A stretch of 34,688 bases of DNA from Novosphingobium sp. (GCA_043758655.1 JAYVNC010000197.1:1-34688), one strand, 5' to 3'. Positions 1 to 10,807 are shown, numbered from the stretch's first letter. Numbers and translations are program-made. The notes: generated by a model not told the origin, from the sequence alone.

Positions 1-210
1 GCCATGGGCGGTTTCGCGACCAACGGCGTCAATATGACCAAGCTCGAAAGCTACCAAAAAGGTGCGAGTTTTTCGGCAACGATGTTCTATGCCGACATCA
101 TCGGCGCGCCCGGCGATCCGGCGGTTGATCTCGCGTTGGAGGAATTGGCCTTTCACTGCAAGGATATGCGGGTGCTGGGAACCTATCCGATGGGATTGAT
201 CAGAGGTTAG
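1..210 (+). CDS. pheA: Prephenate dehydratase, C-terminal ACT domain (5'-truncated by window edge)
   Basis: AMGGFATNGVNMTKLESY...FYADIIGAP...ALEELAF...VLGTYP matches the PheA ACT domain ending; frame is open from base 1. Confidence 0.9.
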   Translation, partial: AMGGFATNGVNMTKLESYQKGASFSATMFYADIIGAPGDPAVDLALEELAFHCKDMRVLGTYPMGLIRG

Positions 211-246
211 CTTGCGCTGTCCCGTCCGCCATGGCACCACCCGATT

Positions 247-906
247 GTGAGTGTCGGTAAGGTTGCAGAACAGGGGGCGAAAACTGCTGACGCGGCCAGC
301 GCTTGGCGCGCGATTCGCGCCGATGAATCGATCCAGTTCGCCCCCACGGAATTCAAGCCTGATCCGCCCCCACAAACCCCCGAATGGCTCGCAGCTTTCG
401 GCCGTTTCCTGCGCAAATTGTTGGAGCCGATTGGCGAATTGATCGGCCTTTCATGGGGGGTGCTATCGTACATTTTGATCGGGCTGGCGGCGCTCGCAGC
501 GGCCTTGCTAATCTGGCGGATTGTCGCGCCCTTGCTCGAAGCGCGGCGCAAGTCTTCGGCACAAGCCGAGGCCGATTGGGTGCCCGAACACGCGGCGGCA
601 ATGGCGCTACTCGAAGATGCTGACCGGCTTGCGGGCGAGGGCCGCTTTGACGAAGCCGCGCATCTGCTGCTGTCGCGCTCGGTGAGCCAGATCGCCGCCA
701 GCAAGCCCGATTGGGTGCACCCGGCGAGCACATCGCGCGAAATTGCCGTGCACGCGGACTTGCCTGATCGCGCGCGCACCACTTTTACGCTGATCGCCCG
801 GCAGGTTGAGCGCAGCCGGTTCGCGCTGGTCCCACTGAATCTGTCGGACTGGCTGGGCGCGCGCGCCGCCTATGCCGACTTCGCGTTGGTAGAGATTGGC
901 CGGTGA
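247..906 (+). CDS. DUF4129-like membrane protein, first gene of the MoxR operon
   Basis: One TM segment, then ADRLAGEGRFDEAAHLLL...ASTSREI...VERSRFA; typical neighbour of DUF4350/MoxR; stop overlaps next start. Confidence 0.7.
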   Translation: MSVGKVAEQGAKTADAASAWRAIRADESIQFAPTEFKPDPPPQTPEWLAAFGRFLRKLLEPIGELIGLSWGVLSYILIGLAALAAALLIWRIVAPLLEARRKSSAQAEADWVPEHAAAMALLEDADRLAGEGRFDEAAHLLLSRSVSQIAASKPDWVHPASTSREIAVHADLPDRARTTFTLIARQVERSRFALVPLNLSDWLGARAAYADFALVEIGR

Positions 907-2252
907 GCGCGGTTTCCGTCAATGCCCCGGTCGCCGCCGGAACCAATCCCTTCAGCCCAAAGGTGGTGCTCGCGATGGTGCTGTTCGGCGTGGGCGTGTT
1001 CATCGCGCTGCTGTGGATGATCGGTGCCGGGATGACGCAAGGGTCAACCAACAATGGTGAGGGCCACGTCGGATCAAAGGGGCTGACCGGCTATGCCGCG
1101 CTGGCTGAAATGCTAGAGCGGCAAGGCCACACGGTGCGGCGTGCGCAATCGATCCCGCTGCTTAAGGATCCGGGGTTGGTGGTGTTGACCCCGCCGATGT
1201 GGACGGGCGGCAAGGCGCTTGAGACGATCATTCAGGACCGGCGCACCATCGGGCCGACACTGCTAATTCTGCCCAAGTGGCAAGCCTTTCCGGCAAAGGC
1301 GGCCCAGTTAAAGGCCAAGGATGGCTGGGTGCAGTTAGAGGGAACGCACGGCCCCGATTGGCTCAAGGATTTGGGACAATACAAACTTAGCGTCGGCTCA
1401 AGCGCCAATGATAAGAACCAGAACGAGGTTAAAAAGCGCCTGCCTGTTTCCTGGAGCGGACTGGGCGAGACGGGCAATCTACCCGATCCGCGCATCCAGT
1501 TTGATAGCAGCCAATTTATTGTGCCGCTGGTGATCGGCGGCGATGGCAATTTGCTCGCAGGATACTGGAACGATCACGGCGTCTATCCGCATCTGGTCCA
1601 CGCGGCGGGCAACGATGGCGCAGCGGAAGACGAAGAGGCGGACACATCGCTGTTCCCGCTGGTGATCGTTGACGAGCCCGATCTGCTCAACAACTGGGGC
1701 ATGGCCGATGAAAACCGCGCGAAGGTGGCGCTGGAACTGGTGCGGCTGGCGCAGGGTGGGCAGACATCAGCAACGATCAACTTTGACATGACGCTCAACG
1801 GCTTCAAACGCGCGCCCAACCTGCTCACGCTCGCTTTCAAGCCGCCGTTTCTTGCCGCGACGCTGTGCCTGTTGCTCGCCGCGCTGGTGGCCGGGTGGCG
1901 CGCGTTTCGCCGGTTCGGTCCGCCGCTGAGGCAGGGCCGCGTGATCGCGTTTGGCAAGGCGGCGCTGGTCGCCAATTCCGCGGGGCTTATCCGTCGCGCG
2001 GGCCGGATGCACCTGCTCGCCGCGCCCTATGCCGCGCTGGTGCGAGACCGGCTGGCGCGCACGCTGGCGCTCCCCCGGCAGGCTGATCCTGAACGCACCG
2101 AAGCGGCGATTGACCGGGCGCTCGCCGCCCGTGACCCGCAAGCCAAACCATTTTCTCGCATTGCCTCTGACCTGCGCGGTGCAAGACGCCCCGCCGAACT
2201 GCTACGCGCCGGACAGGCGCTCCAAGATGTTGAAAGGACTTTGACCCGATGA
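903..2252 (+). CDS. DUF4350 domain membrane protein
   Basis: N-terminal [21 protein letters not shown]-terminal TM followed by RRFGPP; directly upstream of MoxR. Confidence 0.75.
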   Translation: MSAVSVNAPVAAGTNPFSPKVVLAMVLFGVGVFIALLWMIGAGMTQGSTNNGEGHVGSKGLTGYAALAEMLERQGHTVRRAQSIPLLKDPGLVVLTPPMWTGGKALETIIQDRRTIGPTLLILPKWQAFPAKAAQLKAKDGWVQLEGTHGPDWLKDLGQYKLSVGSSANDKNQNEVKKRLPVSWSGLGETGNLPDPRIQFDSSQFIVPLVIGGDGNLLAGYWNDHGVYPHLVHAAGNDGAAEDEEADTSLFPLVIVDEPDLLNNWGMADENRAKVALELVRLAQGGQTSATINFDMTLNGFKRAPNLLTLAFKPPFLAATLCLLLAALVAGWRAFRRFGPPLRQGRVIAFGKAALVANSAGLIRRAGRMHLLAAPYAALVRDRLARTLALPRQADPERTEAAIDRALAARDPQAKPFSRIASDLRGARRPAELLRAGQALQDVERTLTR

Positions 2253-3223
2253 GCACCCCAGCACCCATGCCGCTTGAAGACGTAGGCAGGCTCGCCGAAG
2301 CGATCCGCGCCGAAGTGGCCAAGGCGATTGTCGGCCAGACCGAGACGGTCGACGCCATGCTGGTGGCGCTGATGGCGCAGGGGCATGTGCTATTGGAAGG
2401 CCCACCGGGCACCGCCAAAACGCTGCTGGCGCAATGCTTTGCCGGGGCCTTGGGCCTCGATTTCGGGCGCATCCAGTTCACCCCCGATCTGATGCCGGGG
2501 GATATTTTGGGCTCCAACCTGTTTAATTTCCAGACCAGCCAGTTCACCCTCACGCGCGGGCCGATCTTCTGCGATCTGCTGCTGGCCGACGAAATCAACC
2601 GCACCCCGCCCAAAACCCAAGCCGCGCTGCTTGAGGCGATGCAGGAGCGCCGGGTAACGCTCGACGGCAAGGCGCATGAGCTGCCCGCGCACTTCATGGT
2701 CGTGGCGACGCAGAACCCGATTGAGAGCCAAGGCGTCTATCCGCTGCCCGAAGCCCAGCTGGACCGGTTTCTGTTCAAGCTGCTGATCCCCTACCCCAGC
2801 CTTGACGAAGAGGCGCGCATTGTCGCGCGGTTTGGTGAACGCGCCGGCCCGGCACGCCCGGTCGATTTCGGCATTGGCAAGGTTACAGACGCGGCCCAGC
2901 TGAACGCCGCCGCGCAGGCGGTGAAGGGTATCAAGCTTGCCGAATCGATCATTGATTATGTCGTCCGGCTAATCCGCGCGACGCGCGATAGCCCCGATCT
3001 TTCTGCCGGAGCCAGCCCTCGCGCTGCGGTGCTGCTGGCCAACGCCGCCCGCGCCCGCGCCGCACTCGATTCGCGCGATTATGTGGTGCCCGATGATGTG
3101 AAGGCGCTCGCCACCACTGTGCTGCGCCACCGGTTGATGCTGTCTCCTGCCGCTGAGATTGAGGGCAAGCAGGTGGAAGCTCTGGTGGCCGGGCTGGTTG
3201 AGCAGACTGAGGCGCCGCGGTGA
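2249..3223 (+). CDS. moxR: MoxR-family AAA+ ATPase
   Basis: [14 protein letters not shown] (Walker A), [58 protein letters not shown]. Confidence 0.95.
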   Translation: MSTPAPMPLEDVGRLAEAIRAEVAKAIVGQTETVDAMLVALMAQGHVLLEGPPGTAKTLLAQCFAGALGLDFGRIQFTPDLMPGDILGSNLFNFQTSQFTLTRGPIFCDLLLADEINRTPPKTQAALLEAMQERRVTLDGKAHELPAHFMVVATQNPIESQGVYPLPEAQLDRFLFKLLIPYPSLDEEARIVARFGERAGPARPVDFGIGKVTDAAQLNAAAQAVKGIKLAESIIDYVVRLIRATRDSPDLSAGASPRAAVLLANAARARAALDSRDYVVPDDVKALATTVLRHRLMLSPAAEIEGKQVEALVAGLVEQTEAPR

Positions 3224-3234
3224 TGCGGGCGGGG

Positions 3235-3342
3235 CGGGTGTTGCGCGTGTGCTTCGGCAAGCTCAGCATGAGCGGAACTTTTATTAAATCCTATTTCCCC
3301 AACCCTGCTCATTCTGAGCCTGTCGAAGCACGCGCACAACCC
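3235..3342. repeat. REP-like palindromic intergenic repeat (CTTCGACAAGCTCAG family), full copy
   Basis: Arms GTGCTTCGGCAAGCTCAGCATGAGC and GCTCATTCTGAGCCTGTCGAAGCAC are imperfect inverted repeats around an AT-rich spacer; same family at 22165-22260 and 22767-22791. Confidence 0.85.
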
Positions 3343-3356
3343 GGGCCGCAATTCCC

Positions 3357-4703
3357 TTGAAACTCCGCCTGCCCTTCAGCGCTTCAGGCATTGTCCCGAC
3401 CCAGCGGGCGGCGCTGTTGATCGCGCTGCTTGCGCCAATAGGTCTGATAATCGCCTCTGCCGCGCCGCCAGCATGGATTGCCGCGCCTGCGCTGGCCGTG
3501 CTCCTGCTACTCTTGGTGCTGGTCGATGCCACGCTGGCTGGGCGGTTTGAAGACTTGCGGGTGATCGCGCCGAATGATTGCGAAGTGGGTGAACAAGCCG
3601 AGGCGATAGTTCTCGCCGATATCGCTGGAGGTTTCGCGAGCAAGGTTCAAGCCTCAATCGAACTCGACCCGCGCCTTGCTCCCGGGGGCAGGCTCGATCT
3701 CACTTTGGCGCGCGATCCTGGCACCGGGGCGCTTGAGGGCAAGAGCGCGTTCGCCCCGTCGCGGCGCGGCAGCGGATCGCTGTCGCGCGTGTGGCTGCGC
3801 TGGCAAGGGCCGCTCGGCCTCGGCGCGCAGCAGAGGATGATCGAAACCGATGTGCCGGTGCGCGTTTGGCCTAATCTCAGCGCGATCCGCTCGCCCGCGC
3901 TTCAGGCGTTCCTGCGCGATTCGAGCTTCGGCATGGTCGCGCGGCGGATGCGCGGTGAAGGCACCCAGTTTGAGGCGCTCGCTGACTATCAGCCGGGGAT
4001 GGACCGGCGGCGGATCGATTGGAAAAGCTCGGCCCGCCATTCGCAGCTCTATGCCAAGGAATATGAGGCCGAACGCAACAACCAGATCGTCTTCGCCTTC
4101 GATTGCGGGCAGGCAATGTGCGAGCCGATTGCCGGGCAGCCGCGTATTGACCGCGCGGTTTCCGCCGCGCTCGCCACCGCCTATGTCGCGCTCAAAGGCG
4201 GGGACCGCGTGTCGCTGTTCGGATTTGCCGCAAGGCCCGAACTGGCAACGCCGTTCGTTTCAAACCCGCGCGATTTCCGCCGCTTGCAAGAAGCTGCCGT
4301 CGGGCTGGATTACTGCGCGCAAGAACCCAATTTCACCCTTGCACTGGCGACGCTGTCCGGGCGGCTGCAGCGCCGCTCACTGATTATCGTGTTCTCCGAT
4401 TTCACCGACCCGACCAGCGCCGAACTGATGGTGGAAAGCGTCGCGCGTCTGGTCAAGCGGCACATGGTTCTGTTTGTGACCATGGCTGATGAGGAGCTTG
4501 AAGGCCTCGCCGCCGCGCCGCCCGATGCGATGTCTGATCTCGCCATGGCGGTTAGCGCCGATGGCCTGCTGCGCCAGCGGGCATTGGTGCACACCCGGCT
4601 GCGGCAGGCGGGGGTCGAGGTGATCGAAGCACCCTATGGCCATATCGGCATCCGCCTGATCGACGCCTATCTGGCGATCAAGCGCGCGGGGAGGATCGGC
4701 TGA
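3357..4703 (+). CDS. DUF58 (VWA-related) MoxR partner protein
   Basis: GEGTQFEALADYQPGMDRRRIDWKSSAR, FDCGQAM, VFSDF; TTG start is uncertain. Confidence 0.88.
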   Translation: MKLRLPFSASGIVPTQRAALLIALLAPIGLIIASAAPPAWIAAPALAVLLLLLVLVDATLAGRFEDLRVIAPNDCEVGEQAEAIVLADIAGGFASKVQASIELDPRLAPGGRLDLTLARDPGTGALEGKSAFAPSRRGSGSLSRVWLRWQGPLGLGAQQRMIETDVPVRVWPNLSAIRSPALQAFLRDSSFGMVARRMRGEGTQFEALADYQPGMDRRRIDWKSSARHSQLYAKEYEAERNNQIVFAFDCGQAMCEPIAGQPRIDRAVSAALATAYVALKGGDRVSLFGFAARPELATPFVSNPRDFRRLQEAAVGLDYCAQEPNFTLALATLSGRLQRRSLIIVFSDFTDPTSAELMVESVARLVKRHMVLFVTMADEELEGLAAAPPDAMSDLAMAVSADGLLRQRALVHTRLRQAGVEVIEAPYGHIGIRLIDAYLAIKRAGRIG

Positions 4704-5758
4704 TGGCACTTGGCATCAACCTGTTTAACCGCAAGGCCGCCGTCGAGGAGGCAGCGATCACCGCCGCCGCGCTACGCTCGGACCGTTTCCGGCAAGACCG
4801 GGAGGGCGATTGGAACCGGCTGGAAGCCATCGTCAAACGCATGGAATCGGGCCGCCTGCGCAAGATTTCCGATGAGGATCTGCTGGCGCTACCGGTACTG
4901 TACCGCACCGTCGCCTCAAGCCTTTCGGTGGCGCGTGAAACTTCGCTCGATGCCGCGACGCTCGCCTATCTCGATGGGCTGGTGCAGCGCGCCTGGTTCC
5001 TCGTCTATGGCCCGCGCACCGGCTTTGCCGCGTGGCTGCGTCGTTTCCTTGGCGGCGGCTGGTCAGCGGCGGTGCGGGGCATATGGTTCGATGTGCTGAT
5101 CGCCTTTGCCGTGATGGTCGCAGGCACGGTCGCAGGATACCTGCTCGTCAGCCACGATCCCGATTGGTATTTCAGCCTCGTCCCCAGCCAATTTTTGGAT
5201 AGCCGCGTACCCGGCGCGAGCCATGATGCGCTCAAAGCCACGCTGTTCGGCCATAAGGACGAGGAGGCGCTGTCGGTGTTCGCCACCTATCTGTTCAGCA
5301 ACAATGCGCAGGTATCAATCCTCGCCTTTGCGCTGGGCTTTGCCTTCGGCATCCCGTCGCTGCTGCTTCTGGTGCAAAACACCGCGACGATGGGCGCGCT
5401 GTTGTGGCTCTATCACGGTAAAGGCTTGACGCTCGATCTGGTCGGCTGGCTCTCGGTCCACGGCACAACTGAATTGTTCGCGATTCTGCTCGCGGGGGCG
5501 GCGGGGCTGCACGTTGGCCGTTCGATTGCCTTTCCCGGCACCAGCGGCGTCATGCAATCGGTGCGCGAGGCGGGACAGCGCGCGGCGGCAGTGATGACCG
5601 GGGTGGTGCTGATGCTGGTAGTCGCCGCGATGCTCGAAGGGTTCGCCCGCCAGCTGATCGATACCACGCAAGCGCGGCTAACCGTCGGCAGTTCGATGCT
5701 GGTTATCTGGCTCGGCTATTTCTATGCCTTTCGACGCGACCCAAAGGTGCAGCGATGA
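4703..5758 (+). CDS. Stage II sporulation protein M family (DUF95) membrane protein
   Basis: LYRTVASSLSVAR, YLFSNNAQVSILAFALG, VHGTTELFAI, AAMLEGF; multiple TM segments. Confidence 0.88.
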   Translation: MALGINLFNRKAAVEEAAITAAALRSDRFRQDREGDWNRLEAIVKRMESGRLRKISDEDLLALPVLYRTVASSLSVARETSLDAATLAYLDGLVQRAWFLVYGPRTGFAAWLRRFLGGGWSAAVRGIWFDVLIAFAVMVAGTVAGYLLVSHDPDWYFSLVPSQFLDSRVPGASHDALKATLFGHKDEEALSVFATYLFSNNAQVSILAFALGFAFGIPSLLLLVQNTATMGALLWLYHGKGLTLDLVGWLSVHGTTELFAILLAGAAGLHVGRSIAFPGTSGVMQSVREAGQRAAAVMTGVVLMLVVAAMLEGFARQLIDTTQARLTVGSSMLVIWLGYFYAFRRDPKVQR

Positions 5759-6891
5759 GCGCGGCGGTGATGCGGCATGAGGCGGGCCGCCGCCGTCTCT
5801 TGGTGACGCCCGAAGGGATTGGCCTCAACCTCACCGTGGCGAGCCGCGGCGCAAGGTTCGGCGCGCTGGTGGTTGATCTGGTGATTATCGGTGTGCTGAT
5901 TCTCGCCACCACCTTGTTGCTCATTTATGTGCTCGGCGGCGTGTTGCACTTGGAAGAGCGCATCAAGCAAAAGGATGCCGCCAGCCAAGCGGTACAGTTC
6001 CTCGCAATCATCTGGATGGCGATGATGTTTCTGTTCCGCAACGGTTATTTCATGTTTTTTGAACTCGGCCCGCGCGGCGCAACACTCGGCAAGCGCATGC
6101 TTGGTATCCGGGTCGCATCGCGCGATGGCGGACGGCTGACGCCCGAAATGATTTTGGCGCGCAATCTGCTGCGCGATATCGAACTGTTCCTACCGCTGAG
6201 CTTCCTATCCGCAGCCAGCGGCGGCGATATGGGTGCCGCCGGGATCGCCGCCGCCGCATGGTTCCTGCTCTTTGCGCTGTTTCCGTTCTTTAACCGCGAC
6301 GCGCTGCGCGCGGGCGATCTGATCGCTGGAACCTGGGTGGTGGAGGCGCCGCGCAGCAAATTGCTTGAAGCAATGTCGCTCGGCAATTCGGCGCGCGGCG
6401 GGCTGAGCACTGCCACCGGAACCGCCTACCGCTTTGGCGAAAAGGATCTGGCAGCTTACGGCGAATACGAATTGCAGACGCTTGAGCGGGTGTTGCGCGA
6501 AGGACGCCACGAGGCGATGGCCGCGGTGCAGGATGCGATCTGCCGCAAGATTGGCTGGGATCCCGGGGCGGGCGATGAACAGGCCTTCCTCGATGCCTAT
6601 TACACCCAGCTTCGGGCGCGGCTTGAAGGCGGGATGCGGCTGGGCGTGCGCAAGGCGGACAAGTGGGAGCGAAGCGCCAAGTTCCACTTCAGCGAAGCCG
6701 AACTGTCAGTCTATGGCGAGCCGCAGTTGCGCAAGCTGGAACGGGTGCTGGGCGATAACCAGCGCGATCAGTTCGTCACCGTCCACGCCGCGATCTGCGC
6801 CAAGATTGGCCGCGCTGCGATGGAAGGCGAAGAACGCGCCTTTCTGGAGGCCTATTATGCCCAAGCCCGCGCGCGTAGGAAGAGTGGTTAG
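5755..6891 (+). CDS. RDD family membrane protein with duplicated C-terminal domain
   Basis: VTPEG, ASRGARFGALVVD, GATLGKR, ARNLLRD, RAGDLIAGTWVV. Confidence 0.88.
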   Translation: MSAAVMRHEAGRRRLLVTPEGIGLNLTVASRGARFGALVVDLVIIGVLILATTLLLIYVLGGVLHLEERIKQKDAASQAVQFLAIIWMAMMFLFRNGYFMFFELGPRGATLGKRMLGIRVASRDGGRLTPEMILARNLLRDIELFLPLSFLSAASGGDMGAAGIAAAAWFLLFALFPFFNRDALRAGDLIAGTWVVEAPRSKLLEAMSLGNSARGGLSTATGTAYRFGEKDLAAYGEYELQTLERVLREGRHEAMAAVQDAICRKIGWDPGAGDEQAFLDAYYTQLRARLEGGMRLGVRKADKWERSAKFHFSEAELSVYGEPQLRKLERVLGDNQRDQFVTVHAAICAKIGRAAMEGEERAFLEAYYAQARARRKSG

Positions 6892-6935
6892 GCTGGCGGA
6901 TCAGGGCTAAGACCTGACCCGCCAACACCTAAGTC

Positions 6936-7382
6936 TTATTTGCGCAGCTTCATCACCTGAAGCAGTGTCGTTCCCTGAATATGACGGAACTTGGCGCGGT
7001 CGCCCGACGCTGCTGCCATTTGTGCGTCGGTCATCTTGACATGTTCGCGCACCATCGTGTCGCGCCGATCAGATTCGGCTCCGTCCACCATGTTTTTATA
7101 GCGGCGGATCAGGTAAAGATCGGGCTCCCCTGCGCGCTTGTGGACATTGGCCAGCACTTCCCAGCTGGTTTCCCAGCCTTGGCTTACCGCGTATTCTTCC
7201 TGGGCCTTATAATACCCGCCGAGGAATGTGGCATAGTCAAGGTAATGTCCGTCATCGAGCGTAACGCCAGTAACCTCGACGAATTCCCCACCGACAAACG
7301 GATCGGATTGCGCGGCGGCAGGCATAGCAAATACAAGGCAAAGCGGTGCGGCGACCAGCGCCGCGCGACGAAGAATATTCAT
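6936..7382 (-). CDS. Secreted hypothetical protein
   Basis: Sec signal peptide ending MPAAA-Q; AGGGG RBS upstream; host-like codon usage. Confidence 0.7.
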   Translation of the reverse strand: MNILRRAALVAAPLCLVFAMPAAAQSDPFVGGEFVEVTGVTLDDGHYLDYATFLGGYYKAQEEYAVSQGWETSWEVLANVHKRAGEPDLYLIRRYKNMVDGAESDRRDTMVREHVKMTDAQMAAASGDRAKFRHIQGTTLLQVMKLRK

Positions 7383-7610
7383 GAATATTTACCCCTAGTT
7401 CATTGCGGTGCGACCCCGCAAAGCCGGAAATGGCCCACGCTCACCCACGCGCTTAAGGTTCTGGACGATCCGTCCTTGTCCCCCCAAGCCTGCACAGAAG
7501 CTGCGCCTCGCTTTCCGCACCGTCAAGCCTCAAATTATTGGCGAAAAAGGCCGCAAAAACCTGCGCGCGGACGCTTGCGGTAATCGATCAGCCTCTGCAC
7601 AAGCGCGGAG

Positions 7611-8078
7611 ATGTTCGGCGCTCTACAGTTCATTGAAGATGACCTTACCGGGGCCGAGGTTCAGGCGCTGCTGCGCTTTCATCTGGGTGAGATGCACGCG
7701 TGGTCACCGCCCAGGAGCGTTCACGCCATGCCAGCCGAGCGATTGCGGGCGGAGGATGTTACGTTCTGGTCGGCATGGCACGGGCCAAACCTTGCTGGTT
7801 GCGGGGCGCTCAAGCAGATTGATACGCAGCACGGTGAGATCAAATCGATGCGCGCGCATCCCGATTATCGCGGCAAGGGTGTGGGCAAGGCGGTGTTGCT
7901 CCACCTGATCGCTATGGCGCAGGTGCGCGGGCTAACCAAGCTTAGCCTTGAAACGGGTTCGACCGATCCATTTCTGCCGGCGCGGGGGCTCTATCTCAGC
8001 CACGGGTTCACCCTGTGTGGCCCGTTCGCCGAATACAGCGAAGATCCTTTCAGCGTGTTTATGAGCAAAGACCTATGA
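7611..8078 (+). CDS. GNAT N-acetyltransferase
   Basis: GEIKSMRAHPDYRGKGVGK (AcCoA motif A), LSLETG...ARGLY...GF. Confidence 0.9.
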   Translation: MFGALQFIEDDLTGAEVQALLRFHLGEMHAWSPPRSVHAMPAERLRAEDVTFWSAWHGPNLAGCGALKQIDTQHGEIKSMRAHPDYRGKGVGKAVLLHLIAMAQVRGLTKLSLETGSTDPFLPARGLYLSHGFTLCGPFAEYSEDPFSVFMSKDL

Positions 8079-8596
8079 ATCAAATCGCCCTTCGCGCCGC
8101 AACCCAGGCGGATGTTCCCGCGCTGTCGCGGCTCGCTACCGACAGTTTTGTAAGCAAATTCGGGCATATGTATTCGGCCAAAGACCTCACCGATTTCCTC
8201 GAAGAGGCGATGTCAGAGCGCGCGATTGCTGCCGAGCTGGCCAATCCCGCGCGGCTTTACCGGCTGGCGGAGCGCGAGGGGGCGCTGGCGGCCTATTGCA
8301 AAATCGGTCTGACCTGCGGGTTCCCTGAATATGCGCGGGGGACCAAAGTGCTCGAACTCAAACAGCTTTATACCGCGCCGGGGCAGATGGGCGGCGGTAT
8401 CGGCACTGCATTGATGGATTGGGCAATGGCCGAGTTTGAAACGCGCGGCGCGGATGAAGTGCAGTTATCGGTGTGGAGTGGCAACCTCGGCGCGCAGAAA
8501 TTCTATGCGCGCTATGCCTTTGAAAAGGTCGCCGACATCACTTTCCGCGTGGGCGAACAGCTCGATGAGGAGTTCCTCTTTGCGAAGCGGCTCTAG
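8075..8596 (+). CDS. GNAT N-acetyltransferase (PaiA-like)
   Basis: [31 protein letters not shown]; ATG at 8075 overlaps the upstream stop (ATGA). Confidence 0.88.
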   Translation: MNQIALRAATQADVPALSRLATDSFVSKFGHMYSAKDLTDFLEEAMSERAIAAELANPARLYRLAEREGALAAYCKIGLTCGFPEYARGTKVLELKQLYTAPGQMGGGIGTALMDWAMAEFETRGADEVQLSVWSGNLGAQKFYARYAFEKVADITFRVGEQLDEEFLFAKRL

Positions 8597-8615
8597 CACG
8601 CCTATATCGCCGCCC

Positions 8616-9719
8616 ATGACCTCGATCCGTCCCTGGCGCGATATTACCCGCCGCGTAAGCCGCCAGATCATGGTGGGTGCCGTCCCCGTGGGCGGCGATG
8701 CGCCGATAACCGTGCAGACCATGACCAACACGCTGACATCAGACGCGCGCGCGACGATCGATCAGATCCGCCGGTGTGAGGATGCCGGGGCCGATCTGAT
8801 CCGCGTCTCCTGCCCCGATAAGGCGAGCACGGCAGCCTTGGGCGAAATCGTCCGCGCGGCGCAGGTGCCGATCATTGCTGACATCCATTTTCACTATAAA
8901 CGTGCGCTCGAAGCTGCCGATGCCGGGGCCGCCTGCCTGCGAATCAATCCCGGCAACATTGGCTCCAGCGAACGCGTCGCTGAGGTGGTCCGCGCGGCCA
9001 AGGCCAATGGCTGTGCGATACGCATCGGGGTCAACGCGGGCAGTCTTGAGAAAGACCTGCTCGAAAAATACGGTGAACCCTGCCCCGAAGCGCTGGTAGA
9101 ATCGGCGCTCGATCATATCAAGCTGTTGCAGGACCACGATTTTCACGAATACAAGGTCGCGGTGAAGGCCAGCGACGTGTTCCTCGCCGTCGCCGCCTAT
9201 ATGCAGCTGGCAGACGCAGTCGATTGCCCGCTGCATTTGGGCGTGACCGAGGCTGGCGGACTGATCGGCGGGACGGTCAAATCAAGCATCGGCATCGGCA
9301 ATATGCTGTGGGCCGGGATTGGTGACACCATCCGCGTCTCGCTCTCCGCCGAGCCTGAGGAAGAAGTGCGCGTCGGGTTTGAAATACTCAAATCACTGGG
9401 GCTTCGGACGCGCGGCGTACGGGTGGTGTCTTGCCCCTCATGCGCCCGCCAAGGCTTCGACGTGATCCGCACGGTCGAGGCGCTCGAAGCCCGGCTTAGC
9501 CACATTAAAACGCCGATGTCGCTTTCGGTGCTCGGCTGCGTGGTCAACGGCCCCGGTGAGGCACGCGAGACAGACATCGGCATCACCGGCGGCGGCAACG
9601 GCAAGCATATGGTCTACCTTTCGGGTGTAACCGATCACCACGTCGAAAGCGCGCAGATGCTCGATCACATCGTGTCGCTGGTTGAGGCTAAGGCGGCGGA
9701 GCTGGAAGCGGCGGCATAG
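8616..9719 (+). CDS. ispG: (E)-4-hydroxy-3-methylbut-2-enyl-diphosphate synthase (flavodoxin-dependent)
   Basis: [47 protein letters not shown]; start trimmed to MTSIRPWR. Confidence 0.97.
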   Translation: MTSIRPWRDITRRVSRQIMVGAVPVGGDAPITVQTMTNTLTSDARATIDQIRRCEDAGADLIRVSCPDKASTAALGEIVRAAQVPIIADIHFHYKRALEAADAGAACLRINPGNIGSSERVAEVVRAAKANGCAIRIGVNAGSLEKDLLEKYGEPCPEALVESALDHIKLLQDHDFHEYKVAVKASDVFLAVAAYMQLADAVDCPLHLGVTEAGGLIGGTVKSSIGIGNMLWAGIGDTIRVSLSAEPEEEVRVGFEILKSLGLRTRGVRVVSCPSCARQGFDVIRTVEALEARLSHIKTPMSLSVLGCVVNGPGEARETDIGITGGGNGKHMVYLSGVTDHHVESAQMLDHIVSLVEAKAAELEAAA

Positions 9720-9770
9720 CCCGTCCCCGCATTCGTAAAATCCTAACACCTTGGCGATAGGCAGGGCGGC

Positions 9771-10295
9771 ATGAACCGTCTGATGGTAACCGCAATAGCC
9801 TCGGTGTTTTTCCTTGGCCTGATCGCCAAGGGGATGAGCCCGGCGGCTGATTCTGTTGGCGCAGAGGCACCGGTAAAAAAGCTTGCCAGCGCGCACGTTG
9901 CCAAATTCGCCGACGATCAGGCACCGGGGGAAGACACCATCATCCACCGCGATTCGAGCGGGCAGTTCCGCATCAACGGCAAGGTCAACGGGCTGAGTTC
10001 GAAATTTCTCGTCGATACCGGCGCCGATGTCATCGCGCTCACGCTCGAAACCGCGCAGGATGCGGGGCTCTCGGTTGACCCCGGAACGTTCCAGCCGATG
10101 CTGCAAACCGCATCGGGTGAAGGCATGGGCGCGCGCTATGTCGTCAAAGAGATGGAAATCGCTGGGCGGCCGTTCACCGATGTTGAGGTGATCGTTGCGC
10201 AGGGGCTCGAAACCAACCTGCTCGGCCAGTCGATGCTTCGCAAGCTGGGCAAGGTTGAGCTTGAAGGCGACAAGATGGTGATCAGTCACAATTGA
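9771..10295 (+). CDS. Clan AA (retropepsin-like) aspartic protease, TIGR02281 type
   Basis: GQFRINGKVNG, FLVDTGA, LQTASG, NLLGQS; hydrophobic N-terminal anchor. Confidence 0.88.
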   Translation: MNRLMVTAIASVFFLGLIAKGMSPAADSVGAEAPVKKLASAHVAKFADDQAPGEDTIIHRDSSGQFRINGKVNGLSSKFLVDTGADVIALTLETAQDAGLSVDPGTFQPMLQTASGEGMGARYVVKEMEIAGRPFTDVEVIVAQGLETNLLGQSMLRKLGKVELEGDKMVISHN

Positions 10296-10327
10296 GCTAG
10301 CGCGCTGCTGCGGCTAAGGCGGCAGCT

Positions 10328-10807
10328 ATGACCCTTTCCATTCGCGCCGCCACCCCTGCCGACCTACCGCTGATCGCCCAATTGATCCGCGATCTCGCCG
10401 AATACGAGCGGCTTTCACACGCCGTGCGGTTTGATGAGGGCATGCTTGAGGCCTATCTGTTCGGCATTCACCCGATGGCCGAAGTGGTAATCGGCGAAGT
10501 GGATGGTGCGGCGCACGGCTTCGCGCTGTTCTTTCACAATTTCTCGACCTTTGAGGGGCGGCCGGGGATCTATCTGGAGGATCTGTTCGTGCGGCCAGAG
10601 GCGCGCGGGGCCGGGCTGGGGCGCGCCTTGCTGGGGCATCTCGCGCAGCTCGCCACCGAACGCGGCTGCGCGCGGCTTGAATGGTCGGTGCTCGATTGGA
10701 ACTCGTCGGCAATTGGCTTTTACCGCAAACTGGGCGCAGCAGCGATGGACGAATGGACGCTGATGCGCGTCGATGGCGCAGCCTTGAAGGCGCTCGCGGG
10801 GAGTTGA
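10328..10807 (+). CDS. GNAT N-acetyltransferase (diamine/spermidine acetyltransferase-like)
   Basis: LAEYE, FSTFEGRPGIYLEDLFVRPEARGAGLG, VLDWN..AIGFY. Confidence 0.9.
   Translation: MTLSIRAATPADLPLIAQLIRDLAEYERLSHAVRFDEGMLEAYLFGIHPMAEVVIGEVDGAAHGFALFFHNFSTFEGRPGIYLEDLFVRPEARGAGLGRALLGHLAQLATERGCARLEWSVLDWNSSAIGFYRKLGAAAMDEWTLMRVDGAALKALAGS

Noticed and set aside
6981-7908. + strand ORFs 6981-7583 and 7408-7908
   Set aside because: Overlap better-supported genes and have no recognisable domain; typical of GC-rich spurious ORFs
8436-8615. Long N-terminal extension of IspG in the ORF track (similar cases at 8015, 10862, 13101, 22234, 30528)
   Set aside because: The extensions overlap neighbouring genes, repeats or intergenic DNA; family similarity begins at downstream starts
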